Shown piece by piece: positions 8,637 to 18,388 of a stretch of 63,486 nt of DNA. The notes beneath the pieces were generated by a model. The model saw nothing but the letters and a program-made list of their open reading frames with translations, was not told where the DNA came from and searched no databases. How positions within the stretch are numbered: position 1 is the stretch's first letter; each line of letters starts with the position of its first letter. Location of the stretch: contig JAFSCX010000006.1 in assembly GCA_017436525.1 (NCBI GenBank), positions 1-63,486 of the forward strand, given 5' to 3'. The stretch is from Clostridia bacterium. Its GTDB lineage: Bacteria; Bacillota; Clostridia; Oscillospirales; QAKW01. Both the position numbers and the translations under genes were made by a program.

Positions 8637-10514
8637 ATGAAAAAGATTTTTGGTTATTTCAAAAATCATCTTTTTTATGTGCAGTTATTTGCGTTGGCAA
8701 CGCTGATCTCTGCCTTTATTCCCGCTTTGAATCCTTTGATTGATTATGAAAGCGGTAAAAATCAAATGCTCTTTACCATTTTTGCGGATTTGGGGAACCT
8801 GGAGCGATATTTTGAGAGTATTTTAAGCTCCTTCAGCTTTTTTGGTGATATCTTATATGTTACCATGCTCTTTTTCTATGTTGGCTGGATTTGCTATCTT
8901 TGCGGTTTGATTTTGATTTGGTCGAAATCGGTAGGCGGTAAACGCTCTATCTTTATCGGTTCTTTGATTTTTATGGTAGTCTATCTTGCCGAGTTTTCGG
9001 TCTACTATAGTATCAATATTGAACTTTTGCATAATAGCGATGAATTAATCAATAGTGCTTCTGCTGTATGGACTCATATTCCTTTAGGGGTTTATTATCA
9101 TTTTGCGCTGGCTTTAGGCGTCTTTATCTTTTCTCTTTTGGCAAGTGAGATTGATTTCAGAGCAGTATGGTATGGCCTGCGATTGAATTGGATCCATCGG
9201 TTTGATGGCGGTGTCCATCCCACTTCCCATAAGAATACGCGCTCCATTCCTATTGAAAAGCTTCCTCCTCAAAAGGAAATGATCTATCCGCTGCTGCAGC
9301 ATATCGGTGCGATTTGTACTCCGCTTGTGAAGGTGGGGGACTATGTAAGGATGGGGCAGAAGATCGCAGATTCTGAATCTGCAGTATCGGTGCCGGTTCA
9401 TTCCACCGTATCGGGAACGGTAGTGAAAATCTGCGATTGGGATCATCCTACCGGCAATCGTATTCCGGCAATTATTGTGGAAAATGATTTTGAGGATAAT
9501 CGTGCTGAATGCTTCCAAGAGGGATCGGCCGATTATGAGGCGAAAACGCCTGATGAACTGATTGAAATTATCCGCGAAGCAGGAATCGTCGGGATGGGCG
9601 GTGCCGCCTTTCCTACCCATATTAAGCTTGCTTCGGCCGTTGGTAAAGTTGATACTGTCATTATCAATGCGGCGGAATGTGAGCCTTATCTTTCCAGCGA
9701 TCATCGCGAAATCTTGGAAAATATTGATGATTTGATGAACGGCTTGCGGCTTGTCCGATATATTATTGGCGCCCAAAGAATGTTTGTGGGAATCGAGAAT
9801 AATAAATCGGATGCCATTGCCTTGCTGCATAAGCGGCTGGCGAAAAGCCGCATTCGGCTTGTGATTTTGAAGACTAAATATCCTCAGGGCGGGGAAAAGC
9901 AGCTGATTCGCGCAGTAACAGGCCGCGTGGTACCTTCCGGTAAGCTGCCTGCCGATGTGGGCTGCTTAGTGCTGAATGTGGATACGGTTGTGGCAATTTA
10001 TCGCGCAGTAGTTGCCGGTGAGCCCTTGATGCGCCGAATTATCACGGTGGCCGGCCACGGCGTAGAAAGAGTAGGAAATGTAAGCGCTCGTATCGGCACC
10101 CCGTTTTCTGCAGTTTTAGATCATTTTGGCTATCTGCCTACTACGAAAAAACTGATTATGGGCGGTCCTATGATGGGAATTGCGCAATATTCCTTGGATG
10201 CGCCTGTCATTAAGAGCACTTCCGGTTTGCTTTGCTTTACCAAAGAGCAGCTTACGATGGATCGTGATGTGAGCTGTATTCGTTGCGGAAGCTGCGTTTC
10301 TGCCTGCCCCATGCGGCTGGTTCCCAGCTATATAGCGCAGTATGTGAAATCTGAGAATTTTGAAAAGGTAAATGAGCTCCATGCCGGAGATTGCATTGAG
10401 TGCGGATGCTGCTCCTTTACCTGCCCTGCTAAGATTCCGCTGATTCAGTACATTCGGATCGGTAAACAAAAGGTTCAAGAGATGAACCGTCAAACGGGAG
10501 GAAAACGCTCATGA
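8637..10514 (+). CDS. rnfC: Rnf complex subunit C with extra N-terminal multi-pass membrane domain
   Basis: FDGGVHP, AGIVGMGGAAFPTHIK, NAAECEPY, KYPQGGEKQL, GGPMMG, two CxxCxxCxxxCP motifs; first ~185 aa hydrophobic. Confidence 0.92.
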   Translation: MKKIFGYFKNHLFYVQLFALATLISAFIPALNPLIDYESGKNQMLFTIFADLGNLERYFESILSSFSFFGDILYVTMLFFYVGWICYLCGLILIWSKSVGGKRSIFIGSLIFMVVYLAEFSVYYSINIELLHNSDELINSASAVWTHIPLGVYYHFALALGVFIFSLLASEIDFRAVWYGLRLNWIHRFDGGVHPTSHKNTRSIPIEKLPPQKEMIYPLLQHIGAICTPLVKVGDYVRMGQKIADSESAVSVPVHSTVSGTVVKICDWDHPTGNRIPAIIVENDFEDNRAECFQEGSADYEAKTPDELIEIIREAGIVGMGGAAFPTHIKLASAVGKVDTVIINAAECEPYLSSDHREILENIDDLMNGLRLVRYIIGAQRMFVGIENNKSDAIALLHKRLAKSRIRLVILKTKYPQGGEKQLIRAVTGRVVPSGKLPADVGCLVLNVDTVVAIYRAVVAGEPLMRRIITVAGHGVERVGNVSARIGTPFSAVLDHFGYLPTTKKLIMGGPMMGIAQYSLDAPVIKSTSGLLCFTKEQLTMDRDVSCIRCGSCVSACPMRLVPSYIAQYVKSENFEKVNELHAGDCIECGCCSFTCPAKIPLIQYIRIGKQKVQEMNRQTGGKRS

Positions 10515-11500
10515 GTGAATTGATTGTATCCTCATCGCCCCATTCAAAGGATCATCGCAATATCAGCACGGTAATGGGCTGCGTAATTATTGCGTTGATC
10601 CCTGCGATGGTGGGGGCGGTTGTCTATTTTAAGTGGCGCGCATTGCTGATGATTTTGATCAGCGTGGTATCTTGCGTATTGATCGAATTCTTTCATAACC
10701 TGCTTTTTAAGCGGCCTCAATCCATCCACGATTGCTCTGCAATCGTTACAGGGATTCTCTTGGCCTTCAATCTGCCGGTTACCGCGCCCTTGTGGTTGCC
10801 GCCGATTGGCGCGCTCTTTGCCATTGCGGTCATTAAAATGCTTTATGGCGGGTTGGGCAAAAATATGTTTAATCCTGCTATTGCAGGGCGTATTTTCTTG
10901 TTTTTGTCCTTTTCAAATTATATGAGCGGCAATTGGATTTCGCCTTTTGATGCGGTCTCTACTGCTACACCCTTGCAATATCTTAAAAATATGAATGGTG
11001 AGCTGATTAATATTACCGATAAGTTTACCGTCGGTGATTGTTTCTTGGGAAATATCGGCGGTTGCTTGGGGGAAACCAGCGGGGCATTATTGCTTCTCGG
11101 CGGGATCTATCTCCTTTATAAGCGAATCATTACTTGGCATATTCCGGTCTCTTTTATCGGCACAGTGGCACTGATTACATTGATTTTCCCTCGTTATCAG
11201 GATATTTCCGCTTGGCAATATATGCTTTATCAGATCTGCAGCGGCGGGCTTTTCTTGGGTGCTTTCTTTATGGCCACCGATTATACAACCAGCCCGATTA
11301 CCCCGATGGGCCGCATTATTTACGGTATTGGCTGCGGGTTGCTAACGGTATTTATCCGTTATTTCGGCGGCTATCCGGAAGGGGTTTCTTTTGCTATTTT
11401 AATTATGAACTTCTTTGTGGGATTCATTGACCATAAGACAATTCCTAAGCAATTTGGAGGTGAGCGACATGGCCTTTGGCACAAAGCAACAAAAAAATGA
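10511..11500 (+). CDS. rnfD: Rnf complex subunit D
   Basis: SSSPH, GGLGKNMFNPA, FMN site STATPL, GCLGETS, FMATDYTTSP. Confidence 0.95.
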   Translation: MSELIVSSSPHSKDHRNISTVMGCVIIALIPAMVGAVVYFKWRALLMILISVVSCVLIEFFHNLLFKRPQSIHDCSAIVTGILLAFNLPVTAPLWLPPIGALFAIAVIKMLYGGLGKNMFNPAIAGRIFLFLSFSNYMSGNWISPFDAVSTATPLQYLKNMNGELINITDKFTVGDCFLGNIGGCLGETSGALLLLGGIYLLYKRIITWHIPVSFIGTVALITLIFPRYQDISAWQYMLYQICSGGLFLGAFFMATDYTTSPITPMGRIIYGIGCGLLTVFIRYFGGYPEGVSFAILIMNFFVGFIDHKTIPKQFGGERHGLWHKATKK

Positions 11501-12083
11501 TTTCTTCCGTTTGTCGCTCACTCTTTTCGCTATTACAGCTCTTGTAGCTGCAGTTTTGGCTTTGGCAAATTATTTTACAGCCCCAATTATCGAACGCGCC
11601 GCAAAGGAGCGGCTGAATACATCTCTTTCAAAGCTGATCAGTGAAGCAGATTCTTTTGAAGAAATGCCTGCATTTCCAAAGGAGATTACGGCCGGTGGGG
11701 TATCGGTTCCTGTAGATGCAGTCTATGAGGCAAAGGACAGTGCAGGTACTTTTCTCGGCTTTTGCGTTCATGTGGCGCCTTCCGGTTATTCGGATGTGAT
11801 CGATATGATTGTGGCCATCGATCAGGCGGGAGCGGTTAGGGATGTGGAGATTCTTTCCATTTCCGATACGCCGGGAATTGGATTAAAGGTAAAGAACGAT
11901 CAGGAATTTCAAAAAAGTGTGTTGGGGCTTAGTGAGGTGGCTGCGATTGTAAAAAATCCTCCGGCCTCAAAGACGCAGGTTCAGGTGATTGCCGGTGCTA
12001 CAATATCTTCTTCCGCTTATATCAGCGGGGTGAACGCGGCGATTGATGTTGCTTCTCAATTGATGGGGGAGGTGGTTTCGTGA
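11469..12083 (+). CDS. rnfG: Rnf complex subunit G
   Basis: N-terminal TM helix, DTPGIG, FMN-binding AGATISS; start after GGAGG. Confidence 0.88.
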   Translation: MAFGTKQQKNDFFRLSLTLFAITALVAAVLALANYFTAPIIERAAKERLNTSLSKLISEADSFEEMPAFPKEITAGGVSVPVDAVYEAKDSAGTFLGFCVHVAPSGYSDVIDMIVAIDQAGAVRDVEILSISDTPGIGLKVKNDQEFQKSVLGLSEVAAIVKNPPASKTQVQVIAGATISSSAYISGVNAAIDVASQLMGEVVS

Positions 12084-12706
12084 GTGATAAGATGAGAATC
12101 AGAGACTTTTTCAAATCAGGGGTAATCACTGATAATCCGGTATTGATTCAGCTTTTAGGCATGTGCCCCACGCTTGCGACTACAACGACCTTGATCAATG
12201 GAATCGGCATGGGCCTTTCTGCAACATTTGTTTTGATATGCTCCAATCTTTTGATCTCTCTTTTGAGAAAAATCATTCCGCAAAAGATTCGAATTGCGGC
12301 TTATATCGTGATTATTGCAGGGTTTGTTACCTTGGTGGATATGTTGCTGGAAGCATATTTCAATAGCATTTATAACGCCCTTGGAGTTTTTATTCCTTTG
12401 ATTGTAGTAAATTGCATTATTTTGGCGAGAGCTGAAAGCTTTGCTTCCAAGAATAAGGTATTGCCGAGCTTTTTTGATGGCCTTTCCATGGGGCTTGGGT
12501 TCACCTTTGCCCTTTGCATTTTAGGTGCGATTCGAGAAATTTTGGGAAGCGGGACCATTTTAGGGTTTGCTCTTTTCGGCGGGGTGGCGCCTCTTTCCAT
12601 TATGGCGCAGCCTGCAGGCGGATTTCTTACCCTTGGCTTTTTGATTGCGGCGGCTCAATTTATGGTTGAGCGCAAGAGGGGAGGGGCAGAAGATGCAGAC
12701 AATTAA
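12080..12706 (+). CDS. rnfE: Rnf complex subunit E
   Basis: NPVLIQLLGMCPTLA, FIPLIVVNCIILARAE, REILGSG. Confidence 0.95.
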   Translation: MSDKMRIRDFFKSGVITDNPVLIQLLGMCPTLATTTTLINGIGMGLSATFVLICSNLLISLLRKIIPQKIRIAAYIVIIAGFVTLVDMLLEAYFNSIYNALGVFIPLIVVNCIILARAESFASKNKVLPSFFDGLSMGLGFTFALCILGAIREILGSGTILGFALFGGVAPLSIMAQPAGGFLTLGFLIAAAQFMVERKRGGAEDADN

Positions 12707-13289
12707 TCTTGGCACAATTATTGCTTTTGCAATCAATGCGATTTTAATTGAAAATATTGTGCTCACCCAATTTATGGGTTGTTGCCCCTTCTTCGGTGTA
12801 TCCAAAAAAAGCGATACCGCTCTTGGAATGGGGATGGCCGTTACCTTCATAATGGCTCTTTCTTCCGTTGTTACCCATTGGATTTATCAATTGATTTTGG
12901 TTCCTTTTGACTTGGAATATTTGCAAACGATTGCATTTATTTTGGTCATTGCCGCTCTTGTGCAATTGGTTGAAATGGCTCTTCGCAAGTTGGTGCCCGC
13001 TCTATATAATGCTTTGGGGATTTATCTGCCTCTCATTACCACCAACTGCGCAGTCCTCGGCATTTGTCTGACTAATGTTCAGGATGGATATAATTTCCTT
13101 GTTTCCTTCTTGAATTCTGTCTTTACAGCCATTGGGTTTACCCTTGCAATTTGGATCTTCTCATTAGTCCGTATGCGGATGGATGAGGTGTGCGAAGTGC
13201 CGAAACCTTTTCAAGGATTTCCCATTGCTCTGATTACTGCAGCAGTGCTTTCCTTTGGATTTTTAGGCTTCAACGGCTTGTCTTTATAA
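12693..13289 (+). CDS. rnfA: Rnf complex subunit A
   Basis: QFMGCCPFFGVSKK, LGIYLPLITTNCAVLG. Confidence 0.95.
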   Translation: MQTINLGTIIAFAINAILIENIVLTQFMGCCPFFGVSKKSDTALGMGMAVTFIMALSSVVTHWIYQLILVPFDLEYLQTIAFILVIAALVQLVEMALRKLVPALYNALGIYLPLITTNCAVLGICLTNVQDGYNFLVSFLNSVFTAIGFTLAIWIFSLVRMRMDEVCEVPKPFQGFPIALITAAVLSFGFLGFNGLSL

Positions 13290-13305
13290 GGAAAGGAGGC
13301 TTATT

Positions 13306-14106
13306 ATGTGGATCGACATCTTAAAAGCATTTCTTGCCTTAGGGATTTTGGGGCTGATTTTTGGCGGCGCTTTGAGCATTGCGGGTAATATCTTTTTTGT
13401 GAAAGAAGATTCTCGAAAAGAAGAGATTATGAAAATTCTACCCGGTGCAAACTGCGGTGGTTGCGGCTATGCCGGATGTGCCGGGTATGCGGATGCAATT
13501 ATTGCAGGGCAGGCAGCTTCCAATCTTTGCGCGGCAGCGAAAAAAGATGGCGCAGATGCCATTGCCGAGATCATGGGAGCAGATCGTGTAGAATTTATTC
13601 CTATGGTTGCTCATATCCGTTGCCACGGCACCAATGATTTTGCCAATAAGAAATATATCTATTACGGCATGAATGATTGTGTGGCGGCCAATCGATTGTT
13701 GGGCGGCTATATGACTTGCCAATATGGATGCTTAGGCTTTGGTAATTGCTTAAAAAAATGCCCGTTGGGCGCGATATCTATTGAAAACGGCGTCGCTGTG
13801 GTGGATCGTAATCTTTGCATCGGCTGCGGTGCTTGCTTGGAGGCTTGCCCTAAAGGGGTAATCGAGCTTTTGCCTAAAGATAGTAAAATCATGGTAAATT
13901 GCTCCAGCAAAGATAAAGGCCCGCGAACGCGCGAAGCCTGCAATACCGGATGTATCGGATGCAAGATCTGCCAAAAGAATTGTCCGGAGGGTGCAATTCG
14001 GGTGGAAGGAAATGTTTCTATTATTGATTATGAAAAATGCATTGGATGCGGAATCTGCGCTGAAAAGTGCCCCCGCAAAATTATTGATATTACAATATCT
14101 GAATAA
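13306..14106 (+). CDS. rnfB: Rnf complex subunit B (polyferredoxin)
   Basis: LPGANCGGCGYAGC plus several CxxCxxCxxxCP motifs. Confidence 0.95.
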   Translation: MWIDILKAFLALGILGLIFGGALSIAGNIFFVKEDSRKEEIMKILPGANCGGCGYAGCAGYADAIIAGQAASNLCAAAKKDGADAIAEIMGADRVEFIPMVAHIRCHGTNDFANKKYIYYGMNDCVAANRLLGGYMTCQYGCLGFGNCLKKCPLGAISIENGVAVVDRNLCIGCGACLEACPKGVIELLPKDSKIMVNCSSKDKGPRTREACNTGCIGCKICQKNCPEGAIRVEGNVSIIDYEKCIGCGICAEKCPRKIIDITISE

Positions 14107-14140
14107 AAGAAGTCTCTGCAATTTGCAGAGACTTCTTTTA
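14105..14140. terminator. Bidirectional terminator between rnfB and ldh
   Basis: AAAAGAAGTCTCTGCA-ATT-TGCAGAGACTTCTTTT between convergent stops. Confidence 0.8.
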
Positions 14141-15067
14141 TTATAGCATGGATTTTAGATGGTCGGCGGCATTGACCAAATGACGCTGTTCCTCCTCGTT
14201 GAGATTAAAATCCAAAATTTGTTCTACGCCGTTTTTCCCGAGTATGGCGGGAAGGCTCATATAGATTCCATGAAGATCATAATGACCATCTACCAATACA
14301 GAAAGGGGCAGGACAGAATGCTGATCCTTTACAATACATTCCACAATTCGCCCTACCGCTTTTGCAATGCCATAATAAGTGGCGCCCTTTCCCTCGATAA
14401 TTCGATAAGCACTGTTTACCACCTGCTCGGTAATATCTGATTTCATGGCATCAAAATGCAGATTCTCTCGCAGTTTGCAAAAATCATCCAAATCAATTCC
14501 CGAAATATTTGCGCTGCTCCATACCGCAAATTCTTCATCCCCATGTTCACCGATAATAAAGGCATGGACATTGCGGATATCCACAGAGAGATGCTCGCCT
14601 AATAAATATTTTAAGCGCGCCGTATCCAATACGGTCCCGCTGCCGATAACCCGCTCTGCAGGAAAGCCTGAAGCAGTATAGACCATCTGGGTTAATACAT
14701 CTACAGGATTAGAAACCACAATCAAGATGCAATCTTTATTATAAGGGAGCAGCTGCTCAACGATGCTATTGATAATGACGCGATTGCGATCTAAGAGTTG
14801 CGGACGGGTCTCTCCCGGTTGTTGATTGGCACCTGCAGCGATGATAATGATTCCGCAATCGGAAAGGTCCTTATAATCGCCTGCATAAATTTGCATCGGT
14901 TCCGAATAGGCAAGGCCATGGTTTAGGTCCATCGCCTCACCTATCGCCTTATCTTGATTGATATCAATCAAGACCATATCTGAGAAAAGCTGCCTTCCTA
15001 AAAGATCAAAGGCAATGGAAGAGCCTACATATCCGCAGCCGATAATGCCGATTTTTTTAAGATTCAT
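14141..15067 (-). CDS. ldh: L-lactate dehydrogenase
   Basis: GCGYVG Rossmann motif, AGANQQPGETR loop, VSNPVD, GSGTVLDTAR, GEHGD, KGATYYG. Confidence 0.9.
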   Translation of the reverse strand: MNLKKIGIIGCGYVGSSIAFDLLGRQLFSDMVLIDINQDKAIGEAMDLNHGLAYSEPMQIYAGDYKDLSDCGIIIIAAGANQQPGETRPQLLDRNRVIINSIVEQLLPYNKDCILIVVSNPVDVLTQMVYTASGFPAERVIGSGTVLDTARLKYLLGEHLSVDIRNVHAFIIGEHGDEEFAVWSSANISGIDLDDFCKLRENLHFDAMKSDITEQVVNSAYRIIEGKGATYYGIAKAVGRIVECIVKDQHSVLPLSVLVDGHYDLHGIYMSLPAILGKNGVEQILDFNLNEEEQRHLVNAADHLKSML

Positions 15068-15079
15068 GAGTCTCTCCCA

Positions 15080-16351
15080 TCATAGAAAGGCGGCGAGGCC
15101 CGGATAATAGCTGTGGATCCCCACAATGGATTCAATTCCGAGCAGTCGGTTATACTTTGTAATACGCTCGCTTCTTGAAAGAGCACCGGTTTTGATCTGC
15201 CCTGCATTGACAGCAACTGCAAGATCTGCGATAAAGGGATCTGCTGTTTCTCCGCTGCGATGAGAGATAATGGTTTTATAACCATTATTTTTAGCCATTC
15301 TGATGGTTTGAAGGGTTTCACTTAAGGTCCCGATTTGATTGAGCTTGATCAGGATGGCGTTGCCGCTTTTTTTAGCGATTCCCTTTTGAAGGCGATCACT
15401 GTTGGTGGCGAAAAGATCATCGCCAACAATTTGTATGCCTGTGCGTTTGGAAATTTCGGAAAAGCCCTCAAAATCATCATCGCTTAAGGGATCTTCCAAA
15501 GAGATGATGGGGTATTTTTGGACCATATCTTCAAAATAGCGGATCAATTCATCTTGCGAAAAGGTCTTTCCCGATTTTGGCTGGCGATATCCTTCGGCGG
15601 TTTTCCATTCCGAAGCGGCGGCATCCAAAGCGATTGCAATATCATGCTCCGGCTCCAAGCCCGCTCTTTCTATTGCCCGCAGAAGGAGATGAAGCGCCTG
15701 CTCATCACTCTCGAGGTTTGGCGAAAATCCACCCTCATCTCCAACGGCGGTATTGAGCCCTGATTCCTGAAGAATATGCTTGAGGCTATGGTAGACATTG
15801 GCGCTCATTTCCATCGCCTTGCTGAAAGAAGGTGCCCCGATGGGCACAATCATAAATTCCTGAATCTCAAGATTATTGTTGGCATGAGCACCGCCATTCA
15901 AGATATTCAGCATCGGCACCGGCATTGTCATGGCAGCAGCTCCGCCCAGATACCGATATAAGGGAAGGCCGCAGGCTGCTGCGGCAGTTCTTGCAACGGC
16001 TAAAGAGACTGAAAGAATGGCGTTGGCGCCTAAATGTTCTTTATTGGGCGTGTTGTCTAATTGAATCATGGTATGGTCGATGGCGGTTTGATCAAAGACA
16101 TCAAAGCCTTCCAACCCATCGTTAATAATTGTATTTACATTAGCGATTGCCTTGAATACACTCTTTCCGCCGTAGATATTGGCTTCATCTCGCAGCTCTA
16201 CTGCTTCATATTGACCGGTAGAGGCGCCGCTTGGTACGGCCGCCGAGGCGGTTACTCCGTTTTCCAGCAATACTTGGGTTTCGATGGTGGGATTGCCGCG
16301 TGAATCAAAAATCTGGCGTGCAAAAATTTGCTTGATTTTGGTTTGCTTCAT
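15080..16351 (-). CDS. eno: Enolase
   Basis: DSRGNPT, VPSGASTG, VGDEGG, QIVGDDL, LIKLNQIG, SHRSGET, QIKTG all intact; start MKQTK after AAGGAGG. Confidence 0.95.
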   Translation of the reverse strand: MKQTKIKQIFARQIFDSRGNPTIETQVLLENGVTASAAVPSGASTGQYEAVELRDEANIYGGKSVFKAIANVNTIINDGLEGFDVFDQTAIDHTMIQLDNTPNKEHLGANAILSVSLAVARTAAAACGLPLYRYLGGAAAMTMPVPMLNILNGGAHANNNLEIQEFMIVPIGAPSFSKAMEMSANVYHSLKHILQESGLNTAVGDEGGFSPNLESDEQALHLLLRAIERAGLEPEHDIAIALDAAASEWKTAEGYRQPKSGKTFSQDELIRYFEDMVQKYPIISLEDPLSDDDFEGFSEISKRTGIQIVGDDLFATNSDRLQKGIAKKSGNAILIKLNQIGTLSETLQTIRMAKNNGYKTIISHRSGETADPFIADLAVAVNAGQIKTGALSRSERITKYNRLLGIESIVGIHSYYPGLAAFL

Positions 16352-16377
16352 GGATATTCCTCCTTTTTGATTGATGA

Positions 16378-16407
16378 TAGTATGCACCAAACGGAAATAA
16401 ATCATTC
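16378..16407 (-). promoter_or_regulatory. Putative sigmaG (late forespore) promoter of eno-ldh
   Basis: GAATG (16407-16403)-18 nt-CATACTA (16384-16378) matches the Bacillus sigmaG consensus GHATR-N17/18-CATAHTA. Confidence 0.6.
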
Positions 16408-16412
16408 CTTTT

Positions 16413-16442
16413 GTTCTATTCGAGAAGGATTGCAAATAAAAT
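16413..16442 (+). promoter_or_regulatory. Putative sigmaE promoter of spoIIIA
   Basis: GTTCTATT-14 nt-AATAAAAT, a partial match to the sigmaE consensus; spoIIIA is sigmaE-dependent in studied sporeformers. Confidence 0.4.
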
Positions 16443-16467
16443 AGAAGCAAAGGGAGGGACAACTATC

Positions 16468-17409
16468 ATGAAAAAGAAGGGTAGTAAAAAAGGCTTGGAG
16501 GCGATCTTTCCTTATTTGAAAGAGGAGTGGAAAGTGATTTTGAAAAATCAGCCGCAAGAATTGCTCAAGAACGCCACTGAATTGCGTTTTCGATTGGGAA
16601 AAGGATGCTCCATCAGTTGCGGAGAAGGAAATTATATAGTGGAAGGGATCAAAATCTCATTTCAAGATATGGAATACCTCCTTGAAAAGGTCTGCCAAGG
16701 TGCAGCCTTTCAATTTGAAAAGCAAATGGAAAATGGATATATTCCGCTGCCGGAAGGGCATCGAGTGGGAATTTGCGGCAGCTTTGTAGAGAATGAGCAG
16801 GGAAAGATTAGAATATCCGATCTTTCTTCCGTGAACTTTCGCATCTGCCGCGATGTGAAAGGAATCGCAGAGCAGCTATTGCCAAAGCTTTTGTGCGAAG
16901 GAAGATTTTGCTCTACCTTGATTGTATCTGAGCCTTGCGGCGGTAAAACAACCTTGCTTACCGATTTGGTCAGAGTTCTTTCACTGAAAGGAATTCGCTC
17001 TGCAGTAGTTGATGAGCGAGGGGAGATCGCGGCGGTTTATAAAGGAATGGCGCAGAAGGATATTGGAGAACTTTCCGATGTATTGGATGGTTATCCGAAA
17101 CCCTATGGAATGATGGTTGCCCTTCGAACACTCTCTCCGCAGGTATTGGTATGCGATGAGATCGGCTCGGCCGAAGAGACCGAAAGAATGCTGGAGGCAA
17201 TGAATGCCGGTGTTCCTATTTTGGCAAGTGCTCATGCAAGGGATGAGGAGGAGCTCTTTAATCGCCCTCAGATCAAGCGTCTAATCGATGCGGGCGCGAT
17301 CTCAAAGGTCGTGCTGCTCAAGGGTGCAAAAGCACCCGGCAAGGTAAAGAAGGTACTGACGGTGAATCAATATGATGATGAAGATTATTGGTGCAGCGCT
17401 GATTGTTAG
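16468..17409 (+). CDS. spoIIIAA: Stage III sporulation protein AA (ATPase)
   Basis: GYIPLPEGHRVGICG, PCGGKTTLL, VVDERGEIA, LRTLSPQVLVCDEIG. Confidence 0.93.
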   Translation: MKKKGSKKGLEAIFPYLKEEWKVILKNQPQELLKNATELRFRLGKGCSISCGEGNYIVEGIKISFQDMEYLLEKVCQGAAFQFEKQMENGYIPLPEGHRVGICGSFVENEQGKIRISDLSSVNFRICRDVKGIAEQLLPKLLCEGRFCSTLIVSEPCGGKTTLLTDLVRVLSLKGIRSAVVDERGEIAAVYKGMAQKDIGELSDVLDGYPKPYGMMVALRTLSPQVLVCDEIGSAEETERMLEAMNAGVPILASAHARDEEELFNRPQIKRLIDAGAISKVVLLKGAKAPGKVKKVLTVNQYDDEDYWCSADC

Positions 17410-17809
17410 CGGCGGTTATTTATTGGGCCGGATCAGAATTCATCAATGGAATATTCGATTAAAAAACCTCAAAAGAGTTTGCGAATTATTTGAATGTTAC
17501 TTGGGCGAACTATCGGAATACAGAACTTCCGTGGAAGAATTCTTTTCAAATCAAGGGAACTTTGGGAAGGAACTTTTGGGCGATGATTCCATCATGGGGC
17601 TTACTGCCGAAGATCTTCAACGAGCAAGAGGGTGCATGGAGCGGTTGAAGCGGGAAAATTATCAAGAATCTCTTCGTATTGTGCGAAAATATATTGATCA
17701 GCTAAAAGCATTAATTAAAGCATTGGAGGAAGAAGCAGGCTCATCCGGAAAAGCGTTGCCGTTGGTAACAGGCGTGATCGGATTTTTGATTGCCGTGTTT
17801 TTATTCTGA
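17372..17809 (+). CDS. spoIIIAB: Stage III sporulation protein AB (short, divergent)
   Basis: MKIIGAALIVSGGYLLG N-terminal TM and C-terminal TM; operon position. Confidence 0.7.
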   Translation: MMMKIIGAALIVSGGYLLGRIRIHQWNIRLKNLKRVCELFECYLGELSEYRTSVEEFFSNQGNFGKELLGDDSIMGLTAEDLQRARGCMERLKRENYQESLRIVRKYIDQLKALIKALEEEAGSSGKALPLVTGVIGFLIAVFLF

Positions 17810-17810
17810 T

Positions 17811-18005
17811 ATGGAAGTGGAATTGATTTTCAAAATTGCTGCTGTTGGAATCGTGGTGGCGGTGGTGAATATGGTCTTATCAAAGCTTGGGCGGGATGAA
17901 TATTCCACCCTCACAACTTTGGCGGGGATTATTATTGTATTATTGGTATTGCTGGGAGAACTTGGCACCCTCTTTTCCACCATACGCACGGTGTTTTCAT
18001 TATGA
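17811..18005 (+). CDS. spoIIIAC: Stage III sporulation protein AC
   Basis: LIFKIAAVGIVVAVVNMVLSKLGRDE...TTLAG. Confidence 0.92.
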   Translation: MEVELIFKIAAVGIVVAVVNMVLSKLGRDEYSTLTTLAGIIIVLLVLLGELGTLFSTIRTVFSL

Positions 18006-18388
18006 ATATCTATCAGTTGCTGATTGCAATTCTTGCTTGCTTGATGGTTTATCTTTTATTGAGGAGCGTAAACGAGCGGTTTGCGGTCTTTGCCTCTTTG
18101 GCAGGCGCGTTATTCGTTTTGTTTTACGTCTGCACACGATTGAGCTCAATTTTTACATTTATCACTCATCTCAGCGAAAGTGCAGGAGTCAATAATGAGT
18201 ATTTTGAGGTTGTACTGAAAGGGCTTGCAATTTGCTATTTGGGTGAATTTACGGTGGGTGCTTGCAAGGATTGTGGGCAGAGTGGATGGGGCGATAAGGT
18301 AGAGATTGCTTGCAGATGCTCTCTTTTGATATTGGCAATTCCGCTGTTTGAAGATTTTTTGGCGGTGATTACAGGATTGTTGGAATGA
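18002..18388 (+). CDS. spoIIIAD: Stage III sporulation protein AD
   Basis: VLKGLAICYLGEF...CKDCGQ...KVE...LAIP. Confidence 0.88.
   Translation: MNIYQLLIAILACLMVYLLLRSVNERFAVFASLAGALFVLFYVCTRLSSIFTFITHLSESAGVNNEYFEVVLKGLAICYLGEFTVGACKDCGQSGWGDKVEIACRCSLLILAIPLFEDFLAVITGLLE

Noticed and set aside
8637-15067. Rnf and LDH as a lactate-oxidising electron-bifurcation module
   Set aside because: The genes are convergent with a terminator between them; the LDH is NAD-dependent L-LDH type and no Etf or lactate permease is present.
16352-16462. Longer N-termini given by the ORF track for eno and spoIIIAA (also rimM, cysE, htrA, secA, both AraC genes and the SGNH gene)
   Set aside because: Downstream starts have clear RBSs and match family N-termini; several of the extensions run through predicted promoters or leaders.
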